Part shown: piece after piece, positions 54,034-63,097 of the stretch
How the letters are laid out: each line of letters opens with the position of its first letter
Position numbering within the stretch: position 1 is the stretch's first letter
From: a virus
IMG/VR virus record: IMGVR_UViG_3300033149_007571
Span: 1 to 64,000 of that record
DNA: 64,000 nt
Strand: one strand, 5' to 3'
Program-made: the position numbers and the translations under genes
The notes under the pieces: generated by a model
What the model saw: the letters and a program-made list of their open reading frames with translations, nothing else
What the model was told of the DNA's origin: nothing
The model's database searches: none

Positions 54034-54310
54034 CAAGGAAGTGAGATCATTGTTGGTGGAGATGCAACCGAGGTTTCTCGCCATTTGCGAATTGTATGGA
54101 AGAGCCTTTGGCGGGCAACCTCTGCAGATACCGAAAGATCTTGAACCTCACTTTATTCGATGGAGGCAGGTAACCGTTCGCCATCGTGGTGGAGACATAC
54201 GAAATACCGAGTCCGAGTGGAAATCAATGAAGTTAATCGCTCAGTGGATTATCGATGTCAATTGCAAACTGAGAGGTCAAAGGCCGAAGAAGCTCATTTG
54301 GACGGAGTAA
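53975..54310 (+). CDS. Hypothetical protein
   Basis: ORF; true start probably 54041 or 54062. Confidence 0.5.
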   Translation: MSRTNGRGDLRHGDRLLPSSKEVRSLLVEMQPRFLAICELYGRAFGGQPLQIPKDLEPHFIRWRQVTVRHRGGDIRNTESEWKSMKLIAQWIIDVNCKLRGQRPKKLIWTE

Positions 54311-54326
54311 TAGGAGGTTTGGTTTT

Positions 54327-54560
54327 ATGTGGACGAAGATGCCGAAGATTGCTAACATACAATGTCATCGTCTTCGATTCGAGAAGGGTGACAAAATCAT
54401 CGTTCGTGTGTATGGAGAGTTAAGCCAAGAACAGAAGCACAAATTAAGGGATTCCGTGCAGAAGTGGGCTGGAGACGTCGAAGTGCTAATTGTGGATACA
54501 CGGAAGTTTGATATAGAGGTGGAAAAAGCATGCCAGAAAACCAAGTTATTCGTGCCTTGA
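54327..54560 (+). CDS. Hypothetical protein
   Basis: RBS AGGAGG. Confidence 0.6.
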   Translation: MWTKMPKIANIQCHRLRFEKGDKIIVRVYGELSQEQKHKLRDSVQKWAGDVEVLIVDTRKFDIEVEKACQKTKLFVP

Positions 54561-54793
54561 AGCACAACGACGAATCACTAAAGGAGTTCCTTGCGGCTCT
54601 CCAGGACTTCAATCAAATGTTCTGCGATGCTATAGCTGATGGCATTGATTTTACAATTAAATTGGAAGTGCGTGGAAACGTTGGAGAGATGTTACATGCT
54701 CGGGTCTATACGGACCGATGGAGAAGACCGAATGGGGTGGAGAGGAAGATTGAGCAGAAACAGCGGAGATTAAAACTTTCCAATGTTTCTTAA
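54530..54793 (+). CDS. Hypothetical protein
   Basis: RBS GAGGTGG; 87 aa. Confidence 0.6.
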   Translation: MPENQVIRALKHNDESLKEFLAALQDFNQMFCDAIADGIDFTIKLEVRGNVGEMLHARVYTDRWRRPNGVERKIEQKQRRLKLSNVS

Positions 54794-54800
54794 ATTCCCC

Positions 54801-54829
54801 TTGTCGGGAACGGGGGAATCCCTTATAAT
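54801..54829 (+). promoter_or_regulatory. Sigma70-type promoter for the head/tail operon
   Basis: TTGTCG (54801-06), 17 bp, TATAAT (54824-29). Confidence 0.7.
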
Positions 54830-54878
54830 TCGGAAGATTGAAAAGAAGTAAACGTCCAGGCGTTCTGAAATAGCAGGA

Positions 54879-54930
54879 GCCGCGGCGTACTAACCCCTCA
54901 GAGCAGGGTTCGTACCCCGCGGTTTTTTAT
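54879..54930 (+). terminator. Long hairpin plus U-tract in the leader of the structural operon
   Basis: GCCGCGG-C-GTAC-T-AACCC...GGGTT-C-GTAC-C-CCGCGG-TTTTTT. Confidence 0.75.
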
Positions 54931-54945
54931 ATGGGAGAAGACGAG

Positions 54946-55590
54946 ATGAGAGTAGCTTTTGGTTTAGGAGCGGCGACGGGTTTGGCAAGCCGGGTTTTGA
55001 CGATCACCCGGATGCCTAGAGCCGGTGACGTGCTTCCAATTGCCCCTCAGTACAATGCCAACGTGGGGGCTGCGGCAACCACGGCCGTGGTTACAGGACT
55101 CCCTGAAAACACGATGTGGCAGGCACGACTTCGAGACACACTTACTGACGGGACAGTGAATTCGCCAGATAGTGTTTTGAATTTCCACACGGGAACAAAT
55201 TTCTTTCCCGGTCCTGCTGACAACGAAACGGGACGGTTACGGATTCTCTGGATGGAAGACGAATCGAGTTCGAGTAGCTCTTCGAGTGTGTCGAGCGAAA
55301 GTAGTTCTTCGTGGTCGAGCCATTCGTCTTCGTCAAGCTCGAGCAGCAGTTCTTCGGTGACATCGAGTTCTAGTAGTTCTTCGGTGACATCGAGTTCTAG
55401 TAGTTCTTCGGTGACATCGAGTTCTAGTAGTTCTTCGGTGACATCGAGTTCTAGTAGTCCTTCGAGTGCTTCTAGCACGTCGAGTTCATCGGAATCGTCG
55501 AGTAGCCCTTCGAGCTCGCAAAGCTCGATGTCGAGTGCCTCCAGTACGTCGAGCAGTTCCGTAAGTAGTTCGTCTTGGTCGTCTGCGTGA
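54946..55590 (+). CDS. Putative virion protein: FN3-like domain plus poly-serine tail
   Basis: VTGLPENT.WQ FN3-like motif; about 110-residue Ser-rich C-terminus ending SSSSWSSA. Confidence 0.72.
   Translation: MRVAFGLGAATGLASRVLTITRMPRAGDVLPIAPQYNANVGAAATTAVVTGLPENTMWQARLRDTLTDGTVNSPDSVLNFHTGTNFFPGPADNETGRLRILWMEDESSSSSSSSVSSESSSSWSSHSSSSSSSSSSSVTSSSSSSSVTSSSSSSSVTSSSSSSSVTSSSSSPSSASSTSSSSESSSSPSSSQSSMSSASSTSSSSVSSSSWSSA
55348..55455 (+). repeat. 27-bp tandem repeat x4 (SSSVTSSSS)
   Basis: AGTTCTTCGGTGACATCGAGTTCTAGT four exact copies. Confidence 0.92.
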
Positions 55591-56054
55591 TGGGAAGACT
55601 TGTAGACAGATGGAATAGGCACGTTAGAATGCCACGACCTAATGTGCCTGACACGGTTACTTTGGAAGATGAGATATTACTTTTGAACCCTGGACGAAGC
55701 ATAGGGAGGAAAGTGATGACGGCGACGTCTGTAACAATGAATCGGCATGCCATTGTGGACCTGGCCCTCTTCGGTCCCGCCGATAAGATAGAGGCCGTGT
55801 TTCGACAGTTATATCCGACAATGAAAAAGCTGAGGTTGCTCCGATTTGTGGATAAGGCCCAAGCATTCGTGGAGCCGCCTGACGGCTTGGGGTCTTGGCC
55901 CCAACTCCATGATACGATGAGATGGTTGGACAGCCTAACGCGAAACGCGGAGCATAAGGATGACCGTTTGTTTCTTCTTCGGTTGTACAAAACACTTTTG
56001 TCTCGGGTTCGTCCCGAAGTAATTGAAGACCTACAGAAAGGCGGAGGCCACTAA
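55590..56054 (+). CDS. Hypothetical protein
   Basis: ATG overlaps the previous stop codon. Confidence 0.6.
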   Translation: MGRLVDRWNRHVRMPRPNVPDTVTLEDEILLLNPGRSIGRKVMTATSVTMNRHAIVDLALFGPADKIEAVFRQLYPTMKKLRLLRFVDKAQAFVEPPDGLGSWPQLHDTMRWLDSLTRNAEHKDDRLFLLRLYKTLLSRVRPEVIEDLQKGGGH

Positions 56055-56356
56055 TGCCTTTTCTCAGCTACGAGCGGTTGCTGCTAGCTGGTGGTGGGGT
56101 GGTTCATACAGGAGCCGCCTTAACGTTTCCTAGCCCCTGCCAACGGGTGATGATCCAAGCAGATGGCGGAGACATCCGATACACATTGGATGGAAGCAAT
56201 CCGAATGGGGTGCCAGGACGTGGAATGATTCTCTATAATGGAGAAGCTCCAGTGTGGTTTGAACGGGAAGATTTGGTTAATTTTCGGTTTTGTCGTTCAG
56301 TACCAGCAACCGCGACGTATTTGAACGTTCATTACTATGCTCCGAGGGATGTGTGA
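56054..56356 (+). CDS. Small beta-rich structural/decoration-like protein
   Basis: IQADGGDIRYTLDGSNP...GMIL pattern. Confidence 0.6.
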   Translation: MPFLSYERLLLAGGGVVHTGAALTFPSPCQRVMIQADGGDIRYTLDGSNPNGVPGRGMILYNGEAPVWFEREDLVNFRFCRSVPATATYLNVHYYAPRDV

Positions 56357-58428
56357 TGTCTGATCAATCAATCCATGACGAACTATTGGCTCTCGTTCGA
56401 TCTCGTGGTCAAACAAAGTTCAATCGTGGCATTTTGACTGCCGATCGATACGTGAAGACAATTCAAGATGCGATCGGAGTTCAATCTTGCTATCGACATA
56501 TGTGTCGAACGGATGGAGGGGGTTGGGCATCGTTTGATGATGTAATGAAGAAAGCAGCAGGAACGTTGACTTTCAATGATCCTGATATGATTGTTTTGAA
56601 AAAGAGGGAAGAGGTTCGACTGCCCTCGAAAATAGAACGGCCGAAAAACACTTTGATGGTGTTTCGCCATGTTCTTACAACCAGTAAGAAGGATCGGGAT
56701 GGTGATATCCTTCGGACGAAGGGAGCCAAAGTTGATCCGAAGATGTTGCTATTGTTCCAACACGTTCATACAATGCCCATTGGAAAGATGTTAGCGGTTG
56801 CTTCTCACACGAAAGATGAGTTGCAGCTTTATTCTTGCATCGTAGATATGAATGAGTTGAGTCATGACTGTGCTGTGATGATCGACAACGATATGGGTCG
56901 ATTTTCGCACGGTTTCCGGGCATTGGACTTCTTGGAGATCAAGGCGAGAGATCGGGAAGGGGTGGGTGGATTTGATGTCAAGTCGTTCGAGATCCTTGAG
57001 GAATCGCTCGTGTCGGTTCCTGCTAACCCCGATTCACAGACGCAGGAAGTCATCTTGTCATTAGTTGAGGGGGGTAAACTGACGAGCGGGTTGTTGAAAG
57101 ACTATGGAGCAAGCATACGGAACCAGCGCCCCATGTCAGTACCAGTTAACTTAGATGTCAAATTGCTAGTCAACGGTCAGGAGGTGAAAGGCAATGAGAA
57201 CAAGTCCAGAGACGAAGAGAGAATCGGAGAAAACGGCTACGCCAGCACACCAAAAGAAGCCAATGATGTATTCGACGAAGAGCAAACAGGGGGAGAAGAA
57301 GCAGTTGAAGACAAGGAAGTAGTATTGGGAGAGAAGTATGGATTGGTGAGCAATCTGGACGACTCTTGGGAGGACATCGCTAGCCGTTTGGGTGATAAGG
57401 TACGGACGTTTCTGCTGGGGGCGGGTGTGCCTTTAGGGGATCGTGATTGGACTCTTATCATCGGCACTTATTCAGATCGTGTTGTAATAGCAATCGATAG
57501 ACAAGGAACTTACGAGTATTGGCAAATCAATTGGAGGATGGAGGAAGGCGATCCTCAACTCCAAGGAGAGCCAAAGCAAGTAGACGTCGTCGTTTCATCA
57601 GAGGTTATCGAAAAAATGAAGGCCATCCGGGGCCAGACCAGTTATCAAGTAGAAGGACAAAAGCCTTACCCGAATGAGCATGCTATTCGTCTCAACGATC
57701 CAGATAAGTACAAGCGAATCCGTCGTCAGAATGATAAGTTTGGTCCAGGTATTCATGCCATTTTCGGTGTGACCGAGGATGGCAAAACTGAATTGCAATC
57801 TATCCGCTTCTCGGTAGATAAGTTTACAGCAGACGAAGCCCGAGAATGGTTGGAAGAGCATGATTACAAAACGAGCGGTTTTGAACCGGCGAAAGCCAAA
57901 CCGAAGGAACAGGCTAAGAAGGAAGGCAAACAGCTTATCGACGACGATGTGTCGGGTGGCTTTGAGGCTACCCCTCCAAAGTTTGATAACGATGAGGAAG
58001 TGAAGAAGATGGTCTGTCCCGAATGCGATTATGTCGGTTTAGGAAAAGGAGGCAAGTGTCCTGAGTGCGGTGCCAAGCTCATTCCGAGGAAGGATTATAC
58101 AATGGAAAAGCTCGGGCGTGTGTTGAGCAAAGCGAATGAAGCTAAAATCCAGGATGCTATTGAAGACTTGGCTGAAATAAGTAAAATGGACATACCACGG
58201 AGTTGCAAAGCTCTTGTGGCATCCGCGCGTAGAAAGCTAACCGATGTGCTTGCATCTTTGGGAACCGAGCAGAGGGTCGAGAAAACTTCTGTAAGAGAAG
58301 CAATGGCCATTGTTCTTGCCAAGGGTGGACGCAACGAGATTCTAGTGTTGAGGACGCTATTGGATGTACTGGAGGCTTGTCAAAAGCAAGATGATGTTGT
58401 CAAACAGTACGAAAGTTTGTTGACGTAA
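56356..58428 (+). CDS. HK97-type prohead protease with long multi-module C-terminal extension
   Basis: DRDGD, LLFQH..PIGK, FSHGF, EESLVSVPANP; later PYPNEH module, CPEC..CPECG, KLGRVLSKANE. Confidence 0.92.
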   Translation: MSDQSIHDELLALVRSRGQTKFNRGILTADRYVKTIQDAIGVQSCYRHMCRTDGGGWASFDDVMKKAAGTLTFNDPDMIVLKKREEVRLPSKIERPKNTLMVFRHVLTTSKKDRDGDILRTKGAKVDPKMLLLFQHVHTMPIGKMLAVASHTKDELQLYSCIVDMNELSHDCAVMIDNDMGRFSHGFRALDFLEIKARDREGVGGFDVKSFEILEESLVSVPANPDSQTQEVILSLVEGGKLTSGLLKDYGASIRNQRPMSVPVNLDVKLLVNGQEVKGNENKSRDEERIGENGYASTPKEANDVFDEEQTGGEEAVEDKEVVLGEKYGLVSNLDDSWEDIASRLGDKVRTFLLGAGVPLGDRDWTLIIGTYSDRVVIAIDRQGTYEYWQINWRMEEGDPQLQGEPKQVDVVVSSEVIEKMKAIRGQTSYQVEGQKPYPNEHAIRLNDPDKYKRIRRQNDKFGPGIHAIFGVTEDGKTELQSIRFSVDKFTADEAREWLEEHDYKTSGFEPAKAKPKEQAKKEGKQLIDDDVSGGFEATPPKFDNDEEVKKMVCPECDYVGLGKGGKCPECGAKLIPRKDYTMEKLGRVLSKANEAKIQDAIEDLAEISKMDIPRSCKALVASARRKLTDVLASLGTEQRVEKTSVREAMAIVLAKGGRNEILVLRTLLDVLEACQKQDDVVKQYESLLT

Positions 58429-58459
58429 TAGAAAATCCTCCTATGTAGGAGAGAATCGA

Positions 58460-60064
58460 ATGTTTGAGTTGACGAAGGCTTTACGGGATTGGCTTATAGC
58501 TAATCAAGACATCTCAGAGGATTCCTCTGAGGAAGAGTTCCGTATGGAGGCCGGAATGGCGTTGGTAGATGGATCGCTTACAAGAGAGAAATTCATTGAG
58601 CTAACGACTCCTCCGAAGGCAACGGAAGCTAATGAATTCAGTAAGAAGCTGGATGTAATGACTGCCAGCCTTGACAGCTTGGCTAAGGTTTTGACTGGGA
58701 AGAAAGAGGGGTTGGAGACTGAGAAGAAAGTTGATCTTGGCAATGGAAACAAGGATGAGGAGTTGGAGGATATGTCCAGGGTCATTGCTGATCAAGGAGG
58801 GACACCAAGCGAGTCTGAAACTACCAAAGCTCGGGTGAAGACGGTTGATGAGATCTTCAATACAACCAAGTCGGCGGTTGTCTATCCTTCCTCGACGAGA
58901 GGGGGGAAGCCCCATTCGTTTGCAGGACAGCCTGTAGTGTATCAGCAAAGACCGATGGACACGCCGAGTGAATTGGACAAGGCTTGTGCAGGAGCGTGGG
59001 CCAAGCTCCACTTGGCTTTGCAGCTTCCGCAAATTTGTGGACCTCCAAATCTGATTTGGGATCGTTTGCCCGAGATCGATAAGCAACTTCTTCACTATCT
59101 CTGTGAGAAGGGAATGTGGGATGAGACGGAGAAGGACAATCAGTCTCGACCTCGGTTGGTCAAGGGTTATCGAGGAGGTATAAAGCAGTTGATCGACGAT
59201 GTAAACTCGGGTGGCTTTGAGGCCGCTCCGATTGTATTCGACGATCAGGTGATCGAGACTCCTTTGCTTTATGGCGAGTTGTATCCGCTAGTCAATGAGG
59301 TGCCTCTGCCTCGCGGACGTCGGGTAGAAGCTGTATCGATCGGAACCGTCACTGGCGGTTGGGGTGGAATTGACGCAACGAACATCGCTTTGTTTAACAC
59401 GGCAGGTTTTGTTGCTGCATTCGATACAACGATCTATCGATGGGAAGGAGCAGTGGTTATTGGGCTCGATTTCCTATCCGATACACCCATTGACTTCGGT
59501 TCAACAATTACTCGTCAGTATGGTGAAAGGTTGCTTGAGGACTTGGATGATGTTGTTGCTACAGGCAATGGCACTAACCAACCTCAAGGTATCATGAATG
59601 CTGCTGGAACTACTGCTGTTGCCTTTGGTGGGGCGACCACGCTCGGAGCCTATGAGACTTTGCTATTTGCCGTCCACAAGAGAGAACTCAAGAATCCGAC
59701 GATAGATCGGACATTTGTGTTCTGTGGAACGGAAACTAGTTACAGTCGGGCAAGAGCGTTGAATGTGACCGCAGCCGACCAGAGAAGGTTGGGAGGAGGA
59801 CACGCTGATCAAGGGGATTACCGATCCTATCGTTGGATGGGTCGTCCCTACAAGATCAATGAATCGTTAGCAAATACGCAGATTTTTGCCGCAGTGCTTG
59901 GGAGATATCGCATGTATCGGAGGAAAGGTTTTACTGTGAGGACAAGCACTGAAGGTGCGACGCTAATTCGAGCTAATGAGATCCTGATCTCTGTTACGGC
60001 TCGCTACGGCGGTCAGCTCGAGAGAGGAGCTTGTGCTGGCGTAACCACCACGGCTCCTGCGTAG
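58460..60064 (+). CDS. Major capsid protein (HK97 fold) with about 240-aa N-terminal scaffold domain
   Basis: SGGFEAAP, FLSDTPID, TGNGTNQPQGI, WMGRP, RYGGQ. Confidence 0.92.
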   Translation: MFELTKALRDWLIANQDISEDSSEEEFRMEAGMALVDGSLTREKFIELTTPPKATEANEFSKKLDVMTASLDSLAKVLTGKKEGLETEKKVDLGNGNKDEELEDMSRVIADQGGTPSESETTKARVKTVDEIFNTTKSAVVYPSSTRGGKPHSFAGQPVVYQQRPMDTPSELDKACAGAWAKLHLALQLPQICGPPNLIWDRLPEIDKQLLHYLCEKGMWDETEKDNQSRPRLVKGYRGGIKQLIDDVNSGGFEAAPIVFDDQVIETPLLYGELYPLVNEVPLPRGRRVEAVSIGTVTGGWGGIDATNIALFNTAGFVAAFDTTIYRWEGAVVIGLDFLSDTPIDFGSTITRQYGERLLEDLDDVVATGNGTNQPQGIMNAAGTTAVAFGGATTLGAYETLLFAVHKRELKNPTIDRTFVFCGTETSYSRARALNVTAADQRRLGGGHADQGDYRSYRWMGRPYKINESLANTQIFAAVLGRYRMYRRKGFTVRTSTEGATLIRANEILISVTARYGGQLERGACAGVTTTAPA

Positions 60065-60097
60065 CAGTTTCAAGGGTAGTTGTCTACCCCCTGGCAT

Positions 60098-60145
60098 CCC
60101 CTGTCCAATGCCTTCGGTTCTCCAGCATTGGACAGGGGTATTTAT
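60098..60145 (+). terminator. Hairpin after the capsid gene
   Basis: CCCCTGTCCAATGC / GCATTGGACAGGGG 14-bp stem followed by TATTTAT. Confidence 0.65.
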
Positions 60146-60193
60146 CCCCTTCAATTTGGGAGAACCACAAACTAAAATGCTAGGGAGGAAAAG

Positions 60194-60820
60194 ATGAGTA
60201 CTGTAACGAAGAAGATGGCAACCTCGGTGATGCCTTTTGCTATTGAAGCAAAGACGCCAAGGAACCAAGACATTATAATCCAGTGCCTCGGTTGCAAGCG
60301 ATTGAGAGGTGCTGTGAGAGCATCAATGGAGGCATTCGATCGTCAGTGGCAGGACCAAGATGACGACGAAAGTGCAACTCGTCCAGTATCGGCAAACCTG
60401 ATCGATGGCATCGGCGAATTGCCAGGTCAGGTTCTCTATGTGGACCCCGCTGAATTGACTTGGAAAATTCGAGATCCACTATGGGGAGAGGATTCTAAAT
60501 TGGAACGGATTCGCAAGGCAATGAGGAGGGCTCTTGGTCTTGCTGTGATCGATCAGAAACTTCAAGGAATGAAGCCTGAAGATGGAACACTCGATGTAGA
60601 CACTATGAAGACTCTCTGTTTGGAGTTGTTGTCTTTTATTGAAGCTGGTGAGGCTCGAGTGGTTAAGGGGATCAAACCCTCGAAGGAGGATATCGATGAG
60701 TTGCCCGGCCGGTATCTTTTGAATTGGTCGAACCGAAACAAGTGGAGGCAGCCGAAGTATGCCGACCAGTATGATGAGTGGGAGCGGGATATGAACAAAC
60801 TCAGCCGATCAGATGGGTGA
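60194..60820 (+). CDS. Hypothetical protein
   Basis: RBS GGGAGG; 208 aa. Confidence 0.7.
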   Translation: MSTVTKKMATSVMPFAIEAKTPRNQDIIIQCLGCKRLRGAVRASMEAFDRQWQDQDDDESATRPVSANLIDGIGELPGQVLYVDPAELTWKIRDPLWGEDSKLERIRKAMRRALGLAVIDQKLQGMKPEDGTLDVDTMKTLCLELLSFIEAGEARVVKGIKPSKEDIDELPGRYLLNWSNRNKWRQPKYADQYDEWERDMNKLSRSDG

Positions 60821-61329
60821 TGGCTTTACCAACGACTTTCCCTCAACCTTCGCTTGTTGCTGGCGGGAAGATACCAACCCCGGTTGCCGAGGTGTTGGCG
60901 GCTCGCGGAAGGAGAGCTGAGGCTGCTACCCATACTGAAGTTAGGATAAAATGGTTTATCGAGGAGGTAAGCAATAAGATTGCTATGACAATGAGACAAC
61001 GGATGGACATTGTCACTCATATATTGAAGGATCGAGTGGTAAGGAACATTTCGGTGCCCGTTGTCAAAGGGACCGGTCCTCGGGGAGGTCGGGTGGCATT
61101 AGGAAGAAGTTTACCAGGCGAGTATCCTCGTGCCGATACGAAGCAATTGATGAGAACCATATTCAAAGAGGTGCGAGAAGTTGTTCCAGGAGCATATGAA
61201 GGTTATGTTGGGACACCTCTTGACTATGGTTTAATTTTGGAAACGCGAATGGGACGCAAGTTCCTTCTTGCATCACTATATGAGTCGTTTAATGACATCA
61301 AGCGCATATTGTCAGGGCCTATTGAATGA
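60820..61329 (+). CDS. HK97 gp10-like tail completion protein
   Basis: SLPGEYPRADT..L, VGT..DYG..LE. Confidence 0.75.
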   Translation: MALPTTFPQPSLVAGGKIPTPVAEVLAARGRRAEAATHTEVRIKWFIEEVSNKIAMTMRQRMDIVTHILKDRVVRNISVPVVKGTGPRGGRVALGRSLPGEYPRADTKQLMRTIFKEVREVVPGAYEGYVGTPLDYGLILETRMGRKFLLASLYESFNDIKRILSGPIE

Positions 61330-61826
61330 GTGTCGGAACTGCTGATGTGGCAAAGGCTTTGAACACCGCTTGGGATGCAAGTACATTGAATGAGACGTTC
61401 CAGGCGTTGTGGACTGATCCGACGGAGACTGAATTTCCTGTGTTGCATGAGCAGGAAGCTGGAGGAGAGCAACCGTGGCCATATTGTGTCTTCGAGATGC
61501 CAACGCCGACGACAAATGTTCGGATGTCGGGTGGTGACACTACATTGAGAGAGATACGAGATTATCCCATAAGGTTTCATATTCACACTACTAATGTGGA
61601 TGGCGATTCACGATCAGCGAAGGAGATAGCTGCATACTTGGCAGAAGAGGTTATGAAAGTCTTTGGTGGCCACCCTTCTGTAACTCCGACAGGAAATTTA
61701 TCTCTGGACAATGGTAACTTCTTAATCTCGACCTACCAAAACGATTACGCAGTCCGAGAATCTGATGACCATTACGTTTGGATTGTGTATTATATCTTCC
61801 GAATTGACGTACCTGTGGCAGCTTAA
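61326..61826 (+). CDS. Tail terminator-like protein
   Basis: PWPYCVF; position between gp10-like and tail tube genes. Confidence 0.65.
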   Translation: MSVGTADVAKALNTAWDASTLNETFQALWTDPTETEFPVLHEQEAGGEQPWPYCVFEMPTPTTNVRMSGGDTTLREIRDYPIRFHIHTTNVDGDSRSAKEIAAYLAEEVMKVFGGHPSVTPTGNLSLDNGNFLISTYQNDYAVRESDDHYVWIVYYIFRIDVPVAA

Positions 61827-61841
61827 GCAGGAGAAACAATA

Positions 61842-62624
61842 ATGGCTCGTTCGATGTCATCGATGAGTGTCTCTTTCCGTATGCAGGGGACACTAACGAA
61901 TTCGTTGACCGACGGTTCTGGACCGAGTGTCCAGCAACCGAGTTTCAATTATTCAATGTCAGGTACAGTCTTGACGAGCGGGATTAATAGCAATCAATGC
62001 AACCGAGGATGGCAAAGTCGCAATCGATCATTGGGAAATGGGGCAAGCGAAACACTCGATTTGTACGATATGGCAGGGGTTGACATTGGTGCGGGCGCGG
62101 GACTAGATGGCGTCGGTCAAGCTATCGTGTTTGAGGAGATCGTTGGGATTGTTATTGTTAATGAGAATGATGTGGACGAAGATGGGGCGTTGGAGATCTC
62201 TCCTGCGGCAGCTAATGGATGGAATGCCATCGGTACTCATTCTGTTGCTAACGATGGAGCTTTGTACGGTCAGGGGGTGCTAATCAAATTCCAACCAGAT
62301 GGCCGGGGACTGGATATTGTTGATGGTGCGACTCATAAACTTACATTCACAGCCAATGGAGGAGATGTTACATATTCAATCTACTTGTTGGCACGACACG
62401 ATGATGAGGAATCGAGTTCCAGTTCGAGTTCCAGTAGTCCAAGTTCTACTAGCTCTACCAGCAGCAGCAGTGCAAGTAGTGAATCTAGTAGCTCCTCAAG
62501 TAGTGTAACGAGTAGTTCGTTCAGTTCACATTCCAGCAGTTCGTCGGGGACATCAAGCTCCAGCAGTTCGTCAGTGACATCGAGTTCCAGTTCTGAGAGC
62601 AGTTCGTCATGGTCTGCTCCGTAG
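61842..62624 (+). CDS. Putative virion protein with poly-serine tail
   Basis: Beta-rich N-domain; about 70-residue Ser-rich C-terminus ending SSSSWSAP. Confidence 0.75.
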   Translation: MARSMSSMSVSFRMQGTLTNSLTDGSGPSVQQPSFNYSMSGTVLTSGINSNQCNRGWQSRNRSLGNGASETLDLYDMAGVDIGAGAGLDGVGQAIVFEEIVGIVIVNENDVDEDGALEISPAAANGWNAIGTHSVANDGALYGQGVLIKFQPDGRGLDIVDGATHKLTFTANGGDVTYSIYLLARHDDEESSSSSSSSSPSSTSSTSSSSASSESSSSSSSVTSSSFSSHSSSSSGTSSSSSSSVTSSSSSESSSSWSAP

Positions 62625-62655
62625 TTGACTATATCCTGAGAAAGGGAGGATAACC

Positions 62656-63084
62656 GTGAGCAGTGAAAACACTATAACAGGCAGACTTGGTGAGCATGTC
62701 GTTGGGGACACCCAAGTGGCAAGATTAACTCAGTGGCAGGTAACCAAAACATTAGCTAGTAAGACTGAATGGGGTGATTCGGATACTGCAGGATACACAG
62801 CTCGGGCGCCTGGACGAATCGACGGGACGTTTACCACGGAAGGCAAGTATGATAATTCGAGTGAAGTGTTCGATTTGTTCCAACCTGGCGATATTGTAAT
62901 CAGTGTGCTTTGGATGAACGCTTCGCTCTATTGGGACTTCCCCCGTTCACTCAATGATAACTTTCAATTGACTGTAAACATTGATAGTCAAGAAGTTATT
63001 GGATGGACGGCTGCCTGGGGAGCGGATGGTATTTTCTACTATCCTGGTCAATCTGGAGCAACACCTCGAACCCTACCGACATAG
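62656..63084 (+). CDS. Tail tube protein
   Basis: 142 aa; ITGRLG, LTQW.V, DSDTAGY....PG..DG pattern. Confidence 0.68.
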   Translation: MSSENTITGRLGEHVVGDTQVARLTQWQVTKTLASKTEWGDSDTAGYTARAPGRIDGTFTTEGKYDNSSEVFDLFQPGDIVISVLWMNASLYWDFPRSLNDNFQLTVNIDSQEVIGWTAAWGADGIFYYPGQSGATPRTLPT

Positions 63085-63097
63085 AAAGGTTGAAGGC

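Noticed and set aside
55047-55622. Minus-strand ORF with ELLELDVTE repeats
   Set aside because: Antisense of the poly-Ser tract; the + frame follows promoter and RBS and is mirrored by a second poly-Ser gene
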